Positions 1 through 9,567 of a DNA stretch of 64,000 bases are shown in pieces. Numbering within the stretch: the stretch's first letter is position 1; each line of letters starts with the position of its first letter. The translations under genes and the position numbers were made by a program. A model generated the notes under the pieces. It was not told where the DNA came from. It ran no database searches and saw nothing but the letters and a program-made list of their open reading frames with translations. This DNA comes from an uncultured Myxococcales bacterium (GTDB lineage Bacteria; Myxococcota_A; UBA9042; CAIXZC01): the NCBI GenBank assembly GCA_964626565.1, contig CAZVFX010000003.1:45906-109905 (forward strand), in the 5' to 3' direction.

Positions 1-255
1 CCTCGAACGAGGACCCGGGCATATACGAAAACCACCAGGCCGCGGCCAGGGGGATGCAGAGTAGCGCGAGCATCACAATCGCAAGGCGCAGGCCGGCCCG
101 CTTCCATCCTCGCCGGCCCTTTGGTAACAGAGCTATTCTCATGGATTCCCTCTCTGTGAGGAGACTATCCCATGTTGGAGCGTCAATCAACCAGGGACAA
201 CGGGCCCAATTGCAATCACGGTGGAAGTGGGTGCCTCCATTCGCGGCGAATACCG

Positions 256-302
256 TTGCAATGACACACCTCTTGCCATACAATCATGGCAGGAGGTGTG
301 TC
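256..302 (+). promoter_or_regulatory. sigma70-like promoter (TTGCAA-17nt-TACAAT) with a perfect 10-bp inverted repeat GACACACCTC(264-273)/GAGGTGTGTC(293-302) bracketing the -10 box and the GGAGG RBS; candidate toxin-antitoxin autoregulatory operator
   Basis: Read directly from sequence: -35 at 256-261, -10 at 279-284 with a 17-nt spacer, RBS GGAGGTG at 292-298 and ATG at 303. The inverted repeat is exact. Confidence 0.55.
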
Positions 303-575
303 ATGGCCGAACGTGCGCTCAGGAATTTCCACCTGCCGTTGCCGGAAGTCTTGTACGAGGAACTGAAGGCGGAGGCGACGAGGCAGAGGAAGCCTGCCAC
401 GGTGGTGGCTCGAACGGCACTCGAAGAGTGGTTCCGGCAGCGGAAGAAGGAACAATTGCACCGGCAAATTGCCGAGTACGCGGCGAAGAACGCGGCGAAG
501 TCGGTGGACTTGGACGAAGACCTCGAGGCTGCGTCCGTCGAGTCCCTCACCGATGAACCGGGGATGGACGAATGA
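303..575 (+). CDS. Ribbon-helix-helix (CopG-like) antitoxin; the true start is internal to the track ORF 54..575
   Basis: MAERALRNFHLPLPEVLYEELKAEATRQRKPATVVARTALEEWF is typical of RHH antitoxins. A strong RBS precedes ATG 303. The stop overlaps the start of the downstream toxin (ATGA). Confidence 0.6.
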   Translation: MAERALRNFHLPLPEVLYEELKAEATRQRKPATVVARTALEEWFRQRKKEQLHRQIAEYAAKNAAKSVDLDEDLEAASVESLTDEPGMDE

Positions 576-919
576 GGCGGGGAGAGGTGTACTGGGCTCT
601 GTTGAAACCCAGGTCGGGAGCCGAGCAGGCTGGCCGCCGCCCGGTGATCGTGGTCTCCCATGACGGCTTCAACGAGACCCCGGCCTGGCGATCGGTAGTC
701 GTGGTTCCGGTTTCGGCGTCCGCGGCGCAAGCGGCCCGAGGGCCGACCGCAGTGCCTCTGCCCGCCGGGGCCGGGGGCCTGAAGAAGGCGAGTGTGGCGG
801 TGTGCCACCAGATAACCACCCTGGACCGGGGCAAACTAGCTGCCCGGCTGGGGACCCTCGACGAAGGCCAGATGGCAGAGGTAGCCGGCGGCATCCTGGC
901 CGCGCTTGATCTCATTTGA
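572..919 (+). CDS. MazF/PemK-family type II toxin (endoribonuclease)
   Basis: GEVYWALLKP...GRRPVIVVSHDGFN...VVVVPVS...VAVCHQITTLDRGKL matches the PemK/MazF fold signature. It is translationally coupled to the upstream antitoxin. Confidence 0.75.
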   Translation: MRRGEVYWALLKPRSGAEQAGRRPVIVVSHDGFNETPAWRSVVVVPVSASAAQAARGPTAVPLPAGAGGLKKASVAVCHQITTLDRGKLAARLGTLDEGQMAEVAGGILAALDLI

Positions 920-981
920 CTCGGCGACTCTAGAATTACCTTAATAGGTCGGGTATACTTCTCGCACACCGATGGTGTGCC

Positions 982-2325
982 ATGGGGGAAATGACGATGC
1001 GCGCGAATCAACTGGTCATAGTGTTGCTGGCCGCTGCTTTCCTATGCTCCTGCGGAGGGGCTGGGCGAAGTTTGTGGGGCGAGGGAGATGCGAAGAACCC
1101 TCCCGCGGTGGACCTGGTGGGAGAGGAAGAGACGATAACCGCCGAAGACGGAGCCTGCCTCCCCTCTTGCGAGAACAAGGAGTGCGGAGACGACGGCTGT
1201 GGCGGGCAGTGTGGCGTTTGCGTCATCTGCGGAGAAGAAGAGCCGGACATGTGCGCCCCGGACGGCATCTGCCCGACTGCATTCTGCTGTCCCGACTGCA
1301 CTGACAAGCAGTGCGGGGACGACGGCTGCGGCGGCGCTTGCGGGGTTTGCGGGCCACCGGCCAGTTGCATCGAGAACCACTGCATCTGCGAGCCGGATTG
1401 TGCGGGGAAGCAGTGCGGGTCGGACAACTGCGGTGGCGAGTGTGGGCAATGCCTGCCCGAACAAGAGTGCACCTTCGACGGCTTCTGCGAGTGGGTCGGG
1501 ATCCCCTGCGATTTCGGCGCGTGCGGCGACTGGGGCGATTCGTACTGCGGCGAGTGCCCGTGCCCTGACTGCGACCCGGATCTGACCGAGTGCATCAACG
1601 GCTACTGCGAGCCGGGGGTCGGCCCGAATCAGATGGACTGTGGCGGGATTTTCGATTGCATGGGCGAGTGCTCCCAAAGCGACCCCGGGTGCCAGCAGCA
1701 GTGCATCTCCGAGGCGCCGCCGGGAGCGCAAACGCGTTACCTGGACGTAGTAGAATGCCTGGACAAGGTCGGCTACTACGACTGCTACTACCTCCCCGAG
1801 GACGAGCAGGACCAGTGCTATTGGGAGACCAGCGACCAATGCCAGGACCAGATTGTGCAGTGCTGGCACGGCGACCTTACATGCCTCGAAATGTACCTGT
1901 GCACCATCGAGTGTGAAGACTGGGACTACGGCTGCCAGAACGACTGCATGGGGGAAGGAAACGTGGACGCCCAGTACCTGTGGGACGACCTCATCGACTG
2001 CCTGGGTGAATCGGGATACTGGGAGTGTGCGGAGTGGGACCAGCAGTGTTACGAGGACACCTGGGAGCCGTGCCAGGCGACGTTCCAGGAGTGCACTCAC
2101 GGGGACAATACGTGCCTGGAGGTGCTGGATTGCATCGAGGGATGCGGCGACGACTACTGCTGGTACGAGTGCTATTTTAACGGCGACATATACGCGCAAG
2201 AGGCGTATTCGGAGTTTCTCACCTGCTACTACATGGTGTGCGGTGAGGGAGGCAACCCGGCCTGTTTTGAGAAGGCGATCGAGGGACTTTGTGCTGAAGA
2301 ATACATGATCTGCTCAGCGCCCTGA
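982..2325 (+). CDS. Secreted cysteine-rich lipoprotein with repeated C-x-(G/D)K-x-CG-DDGCGG-x-CG-x-C modules; the start may be ATG 997
   Basis: The N-terminus MRANQLVIVLLAAAFLCSCGG is signal/lipobox-like. At least four CxxKxCGxDGCGGxCGxC repeats are followed by an acidic Cys/Trp/Tyr-rich C-terminal half. Confidence 0.7.
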   Translation: MGEMTMRANQLVIVLLAAAFLCSCGGAGRSLWGEGDAKNPPAVDLVGEEETITAEDGACLPSCENKECGDDGCGGQCGVCVICGEEEPDMCAPDGICPTAFCCPDCTDKQCGDDGCGGACGVCGPPASCIENHCICEPDCAGKQCGSDNCGGECGQCLPEQECTFDGFCEWVGIPCDFGACGDWGDSYCGECPCPDCDPDLTECINGYCEPGVGPNQMDCGGIFDCMGECSQSDPGCQQQCISEAPPGAQTRYLDVVECLDKVGYYDCYYLPEDEQDQCYWETSDQCQDQIVQCWHGDLTCLEMYLCTIECEDWDYGCQNDCMGEGNVDAQYLWDDLIDCLGESGYWECAEWDQQCYEDTWEPCQATFQECTHGDNTCLEVLDCIEGCGDDYCWYECYFNGDIYAQEAYSEFLTCYYMVCGEGGNPACFEKAIEGLCAEEYMICSAP

Positions 2326-2482
2326 CCCCGGTCGTAGGCCCGAGTATTATCGAGCGCTGCTGAACCATGTGGGGGTCCTTCCATCTCCTCCAGTGAGACA
2401 TTGCCAACTGCGAAAGTGGGTGCGTCGGGGCTGTCAGGATGACAGTTCGGATGGGTGATGATCTGACTGTACAACCACCCCC

Positions 2483-2511
2483 TTGATCGCATAGAATCTT
2501 CTCCGTAGAAA
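2483..2511 (+). promoter_or_regulatory. Candidate sigma70 promoter TTGATC-17-TAGAAA upstream of the giant gene 2524
   Basis: Hexamers and spacing read from sequence; the RBS GGAGG lies 6 nt before ATG 2524. Confidence 0.3.
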
Positions 2512-2523
2512 TCGGAGGCACAC

Positions 2524-5500
2524 ATGCGACATGCGGGCACATATCTTCTCGTGATCACATTCCTCTTTTCCTGCTCCACCGGCGGCCAGGCGATCCTGAC
2601 CGATGCGGGGCAGGATGCCGGAATGCCGGACGTGGCGCCGGAACTGCCCGGCGCCGAGGTGCTGTTTGAGGTGACGCCGGAGCAAGTGGACACCGGCTTT
2701 GAAATCGAGCCGGTTGAAATCGTCGAGGTCGACATGGGCACGCCGCCCGGCGGCGCGGGGTGGCCATGCAGTTCGGCCGACGATTGCAACGAGGGTTTCT
2801 GCATCCAGACCTCAGACGGCATGCAGTGCACCATCTCTTGCATCGAGGAGTGTCCATTTGGTTGGGAGTGCCTGCTCTACACTCCCAGTCTCCCCGACCA
2901 GGTGTATCTCTGTATGCCCACTTTTGTAGATGCGTGTAAGCCGTGCACCAACAACAAGGAGTGCTGGACCGACGGCGTCGATGCGGGACAGGCTTGCGTG
3001 GAGTACGGAGCGGGCGGAAACTTCTGCGGGATCTACTGCGGCGACCCCGACGACCCGGACAACGTCGGGCCGGCGTGCCCGGAAGGGTACGTCTGCGAAT
3101 TGGTTATCGATGTCAGCGGTGCGGATCAACTCCAGTGCGTATTGGCGCAAGGCGAGTGCCAGTGCAAACAGTGGTACGTTGATGAGGGTGCCTGGACCGA
3201 GTGTTTCACCGAAAACGAAATGGGTAAATGCTTCGGTGAAAGGGAGTGCCTGGCTGAAGGACTTTCACTCTGCTCCGCCGCAGTACCATCAGCCGAGATA
3301 TGTAACGGAGAGGACGACGATTGCGACGGGGACGTGGACGAGGAGATTCCGGAGGAATCGTGCCTGGTCATATCCCCGTTTGGAGCGTGTGAAGGTGTAG
3401 AAAAATGCGTCAACGGCGAACTGCTGTGCCAGGGGGAAGAGGCCCACGCCGAGACGTGTGACGGCGAAGACAACGACTGCGACGGAGATGTAGATGAGGG
3501 CTTCGAGGACACGGATGAGGACGGCGTCGCTAACTGCATGACCGACGACAAAGACGGCGACGGCGTGGTGGACGGCATGGACAACTGCGATGCGGCCTTC
3601 AATCCGCTGCAGGAAGACTTCGACCTCGATACCGTAGGCGACGCGTGCGACCCGGATGACGACAACGACCTGTCTGCGGACGTTGACGACTGTTCGCCCA
3701 AAGACCCGGAGGCTTACCCCGGGGCCGACGAACTGTGCGATGGAAAGGACAACAACTGCGATTTCACTACCGACGAGGGTTTTTACGACAACGACTCCGA
3801 CGGGGCGAAGGACTGTGTGGACACCGATGATGACAACGACGGTGCCGCGGATGCCGACGACTGTGCTCCCAACGACCCCCTCTCCTTCCCCGGCGCTGAC
3901 GAATTGTGCGACGGCCAGGACAACGACTGCGACGAGGTGATCGACAACGGCTTCCCCGACCTGGACGACGACGGGATCGCTGACTGCATTGACGACGATA
4001 CTGATGGGGACGGAATTGCCGACAGCGCGGACAATTGTGTTGGTGTGAAAAACGAAGGCCAGGAGGATTTTGACCAGGACGGGATTGGGGACCTGTGTGA
4101 TCCCGACGCGGACGGGGATGCCATACCCGACAGCGCGGACAACTGTGTTGGGGTAAAAAACACGTTGCAGGGGGACGTGGATGGGGACGGCCTGGGCGAT
4201 GAGTGCGACGACGACCTGGACGGCGACGGTTTCGACAATGAAGCAGACAATTGCCCTCTGGTTGCCAACGCGGATCAGGCCGACTCGGACCAGGATGGCG
4301 TCGGCGACGCGTGTGAAGACGACACGGACGGCGACGGTACGCCCGATGGCGAGGACTGTGCGCCGTTGAACCCTGCGGTCCATCCCGGAGCCGAGGAGCT
4401 ATGCGACGGATCGGACAACGATTGTAACTTCCTCATTGATGAGGGATATCCGGACAAGGATGCGGACGGGTGGAAGAACTGCATCGATGAGGACGACGAC
4501 GATGACGGCACGCCTGATGGGTTGGACTGCGCTCCCCTGGATGATGAAATCCATCTGCTGGCGGCTGAAAAATGCAACCTGATCGACGACGATTGCGACG
4601 GCCTGGTGGACGAGGAGTTGGGGTCGACCGCGTGCGGCCTGGGCCTGTGCCAGCACACGATCCAGAACTGCCAGGACGGCGTTTGGACAATCTGCAATCC
4701 TTTCGATGGGGTGGAACCGGAGGAATGCGACGGTCTGGACAACGACTGCGACGGACAGCCCGACGAGGACCTCGGCGTCATTTCATGCGGGCTGGGCCAG
4801 TGCACCCATGCGGTGCCTGCGTGCCTGAACGGGCAGTTGAATGACTGTGACCCCATGGCAGGCGCGGCCGCGGAGAAATGCGACGCTATTGACAACGACT
4901 GCGATGGGCCGATTGACGAGGATTTGGGGAGCACGACCTGCGGTCTGGGCGTTTGCCTCCACAGCGTTCAGAACTGCGTGGGAGGGGCCCCGCAGGCTTG
5001 CGACGAAATGGAAGGTTTTGAGCTGGAGAAATGTGACGGTTTGGACAACGACTGTAACGGCGAAGTAGACGACGGCCTGCCCGACGTCACGTGCGGGCTG
5101 GGAGTGTGTGAGCACGCGGAACCCGGCTGCATCGATGGCGAACTGAATCCGTGTGACCCTTTCTTCGGCGCGTCGACGGAGCTTTGCGACCAGTTGGACA
5201 ACGACTGCGACGGGGATGTGGACGTCGCGTGCGGGCAAGCAGGCACAGGCACGTGCATCGGAGACGTGTGCTGCGACATGCCTTGCGCAGGCACGTGTGT
5301 GAGCTGCCTGCAGCCTGACCTGGAAGGGCTGTGCACCGAATATGCCGACGGAGGCGACCCGGACGACGATTGCGGCGGATACCTGTGCAACGGGGCCGCG
5401 GTGGAGGCGCCCGGCTTCAGCGCCTGTCATGTCGCCTGCACCGAGGAAGAAGCGGAAACGCAGTGCAAGGAGGGTTTCCACTGCGACGACGAGGCCTGCG

Positions 5501-6765
5501 TGCCGGATCTGGATTGGGGCGAAGAGTGCGACGAGAACAGTGATTGCGTCAGCGGCTTCTGCCGCCTGAGTTGGGATGGCGAAGCGATGCGCTGCTCCGA
5601 CAACGACGTTGATTGCGTGGCTGCAACGCTGGAAGACATGTTGAGCCCGCCGGGCTACGTGCAATGCGGGCTGAGCATCTTTGGGGAAGGGTACCGGGTG
5701 TGCACCGACGGGGAGTGGATTCCACTGCCCAGCGAGCCGCCGGTCGCGTGCGGGGCCATGGTATGCAACGAAGGGTGCGGCTACATCACCGAAGAAGACA
5801 ACGCCTGTGTTACCGGCGCGGAACTTGGGGTCAGTGCGGGCTGCGAGTTTGAAGATGGGGTGGGCGAGACCACCTGCGTCGACTGCGGGGAGGTCACCGC
5901 CGTGCTCGGCGGCTGTGCCGAAGGTGTGGACGCGTGCAGCGTGCTATGCGGAGCCGACTGCATCGCGGGAGAGACCAACGACTCCGAGGCAAACGTGTGC
6001 TGGGAGGATGAAAACGGCGACAGTTGGAACCGCATAGATTCGTGTGCCGAAGCGGCCCAGGATTGTTTCTGGGACGATGACGGGCATGAGAACGACACGG
6101 AGAACGCGTCGTGCGGCGACTTCGATTGCCACGATGCCGGCGAGTGTTGGGAGTCTTGCGCCGGCGACGATGCCAAGTGCAACGAAGGAGCGGTGTGCTT
6201 CAACGACGCCTGCATCAGCAATGAAGGCCTGTTCCCCTGGGAACTCTCGGGCAACCATGTGATGCTCACCAAAACCGACGACACTTACTTCAAGAATCCG
6301 GCGTGCAACGGCAACTGGTTCGGCGCGGACGACGCCACCGTACAGGGGATCCCCATGAAGGTGGGGCCACACACCGCGGGCGGGAACATGGCCGGGCTGG
6401 CGCCCAACCAGGTGCTCCCCGCGCCCAACGGCGCCTGGACCATCAACAACGTGCATATCATCTTCCCGGGCGGGCGCTGTAGCGGCCAGCCGTTGCGGGC
6501 GGACTTCACCTACACCGACGACTCCACCAGTCAGACGGGCACCGCATCCATACCCCACGACTGCAGCCACGGCGGCTCCTCGTCCGGCTCCAATTTCTCG
6601 GTCAGCTACCAGGGCGCATACGGCGGCCCGTGCTGCGATGCGTGGTGGTACGGGAAGTTCACCAATCCCGAGCCGGGGAAACAGGTGAAATCGCTGTCGG
6701 TGTACTACTCCGACGGTTGCGGGGGCAGCTACCTGGGGCAGATCTGGGCGGTGACCATCGACTGA
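2524..6765 (+). CDS. Giant (1413 aa) cysteine-rich secreted lipoprotein G1
   Basis: N-terminus MRHAGTYLLVITFLFSCSTG is signal/lipobox-like. The conserved domain (GWPCSSADDCNEGFCIQTSDGMQCTISCIEECPFGW...) is nearly identical to that of ORF 24867..28808. Calcium-binding TSP3 repeats appear about 3530-4400 (DKDGDGVVDGMDNCD...DxDxDGxGDxCDxDDDND). Roughly 50-aa CGLGxC...CDGxDNDCDGxxDE (MopE-like) repeats occur about 4600-5250. The C-terminal 160 aa are of unknown fold. Confidence 0.8.
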   Translation: MRHAGTYLLVITFLFSCSTGGQAILTDAGQDAGMPDVAPELPGAEVLFEVTPEQVDTGFEIEPVEIVEVDMGTPPGGAGWPCSSADDCNEGFCIQTSDGMQCTISCIEECPFGWECLLYTPSLPDQVYLCMPTFVDACKPCTNNKECWTDGVDAGQACVEYGAGGNFCGIYCGDPDDPDNVGPACPEGYVCELVIDVSGADQLQCVLAQGECQCKQWYVDEGAWTECFTENEMGKCFGERECLAEGLSLCSAAVPSAEICNGEDDDCDGDVDEEIPEESCLVISPFGACEGVEKCVNGELLCQGEEAHAETCDGEDNDCDGDVDEGFEDTDEDGVANCMTDDKDGDGVVDGMDNCDAAFNPLQEDFDLDTVGDACDPDDDNDLSADVDDCSPKDPEAYPGADELCDGKDNNCDFTTDEGFYDNDSDGAKDCVDTDDDNDGAADADDCAPNDPLSFPGADELCDGQDNDCDEVIDNGFPDLDDDGIADCIDDDTDGDGIADSADNCVGVKNEGQEDFDQDGIGDLCDPDADGDAIPDSADNCVGVKNTLQGDVDGDGLGDECDDDLDGDGFDNEADNCPLVANADQADSDQDGVGDACEDDTDGDGTPDGEDCAPLNPAVHPGAEELCDGSDNDCNFLIDEGYPDKDADGWKNCIDEDDDDDGTPDGLDCAPLDDEIHLLAAEKCNLIDDDCDGLVDEELGSTACGLGLCQHTIQNCQDGVWTICNPFDGVEPEECDGLDNDCDGQPDEDLGVISCGLGQCTHAVPACLNGQLNDCDPMAGAAAEKCDAIDNDCDGPIDEDLGSTTCGLGVCLHSVQNCVGGAPQACDEMEGFELEKCDGLDNDCNGEVDDGLPDVTCGLGVCEHAEPGCIDGELNPCDPFFGASTELCDQLDNDCDGDVDVACGQAGTGTCIGDVCCDMPCAGTCVSCLQPDLEGLCTEYADGGDPDDDCGGYLCNGAAVEAPGFSACHVACTEEEAETQCKEGFHCDDEACVPDLDWGEECDENSDCVSGFCRLSWDGEAMRCSDNDVDCVAATLEDMLSPPGYVQCGLSIFGEGYRVCTDGEWIPLPSEPPVACGAMVCNEGCGYITEEDNACVTGAELGVSAGCEFEDGVGETTCVDCGEVTAVLGGCAEGVDACSVLCGADCIAGETNDSEANVCWEDENGDSWNRIDSCAEAAQDCFWDDDGHENDTENASCGDFDCHDAGECWESCAGDDAKCNEGAVCFNDACISNEGLFPWELSGNHVMLTKTDDTYFKNPACNGNWFGADDATVQGIPMKVGPHTAGGNMAGLAPNQVLPAPNGAWTINNVHIIFPGGRCSGQPLRADFTYTDDSTSQTGTASIPHDCSHGGSSSGSNFSVSYQGAYGGPCCDAWWYGKFTNPEPGKQVKSLSVYYSDGCGGSYLGQIWAVTID

Positions 6766-6862
6766 CGTCGAAGCAGTGAGCGGTGAGCAACGGCAAACGG
6801 CTGCAATGAAACTTCAGGTGTTCGAGCTTTCAAGTCCTGGCCCACAGCTCACAGCCCAGAGC

Positions 6863-6888
6863 CATCCAGCCGAGCGCTCGGCTGGATG
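6863..6888. promoter_or_regulatory. Perfect 26-nt palindrome CATCCAGCCGAGCGCTCGGCTGGATG immediately upstream of a TTGACT -35-like hexamer (6890-6895); candidate operator/terminator between the giant gene and the HTH-PBP regulator
   Basis: Exact palindrome read from sequence. It lies in the 177-nt intergenic region upstream of ORF 6942. Confidence 0.4.
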
Positions 6889-6941
6889 CTTGACTAGTCT
6901 GTCCAGTCTGGCCATGATCAGTCCCGGGAGGACGAGACCGC

Positions 6942-7817
6942 ATGGCTGAGTACTTTACCACGAAGGAAATCGCGCGGTACCTTCGTATCAACGAGAAGAA
7001 GGTCTATGCGTTGGTGGCAGAGGGAAAGCTGCCCGCGGCGCGGATATCGGGAAAATGGCTGTTCCCAAAGCACGTAATCGATGAGTGGATCGAGAAGAAC
7101 ACCCGCATTCCCGGCCAGGGCCTCATGGGCGCCATTCTGGATGAAATGGTGGTCGTGCAGGGAAGTGACGACTGGCTCTTTTCCAAGGCCGCCCGGAACT
7201 TCCAGGAGCGCAGCGAAGTGCCGGTGGTTTCTTCCCGGGTCGGCAGCCTGGCGGGCATCGCGGCTATCGATCAAGGCAAGGCGCACCTGGCGGGCTGCCA
7301 TGTGAAGAATGAGGCGGTGAAGAAGTCGATCGTGGGCGGCCAGGGGTGTTACCTGGTGAACCTGTTCTCCCGGGAGCAGGCGCTGATCTTCGACCGTGAG
7401 AAACACCCCGACGTGCGCGGCCTGGCGAGCCTGGTGGATCAGGGAATCGCGTTCGCCGGCCGCCAGCCGCTGTCCGGCACCCAGCGGCTCACGGAGCACC
7501 TGCTGGGGGAGGAAGGCGTGGACCCGGCTCACTTGACCGTCGCGGGCGAGTACTCATCCCACCTCGAGTTGGCTCTGGCGATCCGTACCGGCAAGGCCGG
7601 TGCAGGGGTAGGAACGGTCCAGGCTGCACAAATGGCCGGCCTGGATTTTGTGCCTCTGGCCACGGAGGCGTACAAGCTGGCGATCCCGCTGGCTTTTGCA
7701 TCCCATCCACAGATGGTTCGGTTGCTGGACTTTCTACTCTCAGAGTTGAAGGCTGCCGCCGGCGAAAACCCGGCGGGCTATGATCTTGCGTCGTTGGGTA
7801 AGATGGAGACCGTCTAG
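6942..7817 (+). CDS. Transcriptional regulator with an excisionase-type HTH fused to a periplasmic-binding-protein-like domain (probable oxyanion Mo/W-responsive regulator)
   Basis: MAEYFTTKEIARYLRINEKKVYALVAEGKLPAARISGKWLFPKHVIDEW is a HTH_17-like N-terminus. The C-terminal ~200 aa are PBP_like. It sits next to a molybdoenzyme operon. Confidence 0.65.
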   Translation: MAEYFTTKEIARYLRINEKKVYALVAEGKLPAARISGKWLFPKHVIDEWIEKNTRIPGQGLMGAILDEMVVVQGSDDWLFSKAARNFQERSEVPVVSSRVGSLAGIAAIDQGKAHLAGCHVKNEAVKKSIVGGQGCYLVNLFSREQALIFDREKHPDVRGLASLVDQGIAFAGRQPLSGTQRLTEHLLGEEGVDPAHLTVAGEYSSHLELALAIRTGKAGAGVGTVQAAQMAGLDFVPLATEAYKLAIPLAFASHPQMVRLLDFLLSELKAAAGENPAGYDLASLGKMETV

Positions 7818-9001
7818 GAACAGCCCCCGCCCTTTTTGATTTTGCGTTTCACTTTGGGGCGGGGTGCGGAAGGAGCCACCTTGACCGCGGCGCCGGTGAA
7901 GTAGGAGTGGAGCGCCGAAACCAGCGCCTTATCCGTTTCAGCAAGGGCAGCCAGCAACTCACTGGCCGGAGCCTTGTCTACGATCAACGACGCCCAGGCG
8001 TCGTATCCGCCGGATAGCCTGGCCAGCTTGCCGGTGTACCGGTTGAGCCCCTGAGGGAGGGCGCCGGCATCGACTACGCCCTGGTCATAGACCAGCAGGG
8101 TCCTGTCGGAAGGCAGAAGCTCGAGTTCGCCCTCGATATCTGAGTAGCAGAGGGCAAAGGGAAGCCTGTCCTTGCCCTCGCTGCACGCCGGTTCTTCGCG
8201 CAGGTCGACCACGTACAGCGAGCGGGGTTCTTCCACCAGAATACGGGCCGCGTCCAGCACTTTCATCTCGGCTACCGGGACCGGCTCTTCGACGAGCTGT
8301 TCGGGAAGGACCGCGGTTACAACGATGGCTGCGGCGCCGGCGGCAGACAGCCCGGCCAGGAGGCCTGCCGTATTGCGACTCCATGTCGCTTCCTTCTCCT
8401 TCTTCATCATTCGGGAGAAGATGGCCTCGACTTTTTCAGCGCCGAAGAACATGAACGCAGCAGCCACAGCTACGACAGTGGCCAGCAGCGGCAGGCCGAT
8501 ACCCAGCCACTCATGCAGGGTAAATACGCCCAACGCGGACGAGGTGTGGAAATCTGCGATGAGGGGATACATTTCGCCGAAGATGACCGAACCGACGATG
8601 ACGCCGGCTACGGTCAGCAGGCCGTCCCACTTGCCCGACGCCATGGCCACGATGGAGGTGCCGGGGCAGTAGCCCGAGACAATAAACCCCGCACCCAGCA
8701 GCAGCCCGCCGGTGAGGTGGGGCCAGATAAACGTTTCGGGAATGAACAGGCCGCCCATGTTGAGCATCCCCGTCGCGGAGAAAAAGGCCAACCCCACAGC
8801 CGCGGTGACGATGCCGGAGAACATCACTTTGAACACGCGCATGTTGTGCAGATAGAACTGTGCGGCCAGAACGCGGGCGTTGCCGAAACCGTTGCGCTCC
8901 AGGGCAAAGCCGAACAGGAAGCCCACTATGATGGCGGGAACGAAGCTGGCTTCAAAGGGAACTGTCTCGCCGGAGAATATGGGGAACAAAGTCATTGCCA
9001 T
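7814..9001 (-). CDS. YeeE/YedE-family sulfur (thiosulfate/selenium) transporter with a C-terminal rhodanese-like domain; the real start is MAMTLFP (about 9001), and the track N-extension to 9289 is probably spurious
   Basis: Transmembrane YeeE/YedE motifs (GxxxG-rich helices, CPGTSIV) are followed by YVVDLREEPACSEGKDRLPFALCYSD (rhodanese-like). ATG 8999-9001 overlaps the stop of the upstream gene. Confidence 0.65.
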   Translation of the reverse strand: MAMTLFPIFSGETVPFEASFVPAIIVGFLFGFALERNGFGNARVLAAQFYLHNMRVFKVMFSGIVTAAVGLAFFSATGMLNMGGLFIPETFIWPHLTGGLLLGAGFIVSGYCPGTSIVAMASGKWDGLLTVAGVIVGSVIFGEMYPLIADFHTSSALGVFTLHEWLGIGLPLLATVVAVAAAFMFFGAEKVEAIFSRMMKKEKEATWSRNTAGLLAGLSAAGAAAIVVTAVLPEQLVEEPVPVAEMKVLDAARILVEEPRSLYVVDLREEPACSEGKDRLPFALCYSDIEGELELLPSDRTLLVYDQGVVDAGALPQGLNRYTGKLARLSGGYDAWASLIVDKAPASELLAALAETDKALVSALHSYFTGAAVKVAPSAPRPKVKRKIKKGGGCS

Positions 9002-9564
9002 TGCCTCCTTACTACCAGGGCCAGAGCATAGCCTCCGCCGAAAACGGCGAGCATGAAAACCCAGCTTCCCACCGACATCAGTGCGCCGCCCGAAAGCGCC
9101 TGCCCGGAGGTGCAGCCCCGGGCCAGTCGCGCGGCAAAGCCCATGAGCACGCCGCCGGCAAGCGCCATGGCGAGCCGGGTGGGTATGGAGATCCGAGGTC
9201 CTCTGGTCACCCCGGATTTTCGCCGTCCGGCAAGGGTGGACGACACGGCGCCGCCGATAAAGACACCGATGGCCGCGAACACGATCCAACTTTGGAGCGG
9301 GCCGCCGCTATCACCCAGGTAGGTGGCGAAATAGCTGTTGTCCTGCACGTGGCCGGGGGCAACGCGGTTGAGCGCGGAAATGCCGACTCTTGAAGCGGCC
9401 CCGGACGCGCCCAGGCCGTGCCCGAGGAAGAGGAAAGAGCCGAGGAGCACGAGGCCGAGTAGGAACCCGCCAAAGTACGGGTTCCAGAGGGGGCGAGGGC
9501 CGTTCTTGCCGGCGCGGGCTCCTCCATCGCTGTCGGGGTACTGATCTCTTTTCGAGTGCTGCAT
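8992..9564 (-). CDS. YeeE/YedE-family membrane protein (second half-transporter)
   Basis: Contains the FAARLARGCTSGQALSG motif typical of YeeE/YedE/TsuA half-domains and has four TM helices. Confidence 0.7.
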   Translation of the reverse strand: MQHSKRDQYPDSDGGARAGKNGPRPLWNPYFGGFLLGLVLLGSFLFLGHGLGASGAASRVGISALNRVAPGHVQDNSYFATYLGDSGGPLQSWIVFAAIGVFIGGAVSSTLAGRRKSGVTRGPRISIPTRLAMALAGGVLMGFAARLARGCTSGQALSGGALMSVGSWVFMLAVFGGGYALALVVRRQWQ

Positions 9565-9567
9565 GGT

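Noticed and set aside
3289-4383. 364-aa minus ORF, plus many others antisense to the giant genes (e.g. 1042..2199, 4783..5664, 19591..20274, 20788..22941, 25119..28820+, 36020..37117, 39527..40558)
   Set aside because: They lie in frames overlapping strongly supported Cys-repeat genes on the opposite strand, and their Val/Ala/Arg-rich low-complexity products are typical GC-skew shadow ORFs.
6766-6941. Possible tRNA-like GTTCGA motif in the intergenic region
   Set aside because: Only a weak T-loop-like heptamer is present. No acceptor or anticodon arm structure could be built.
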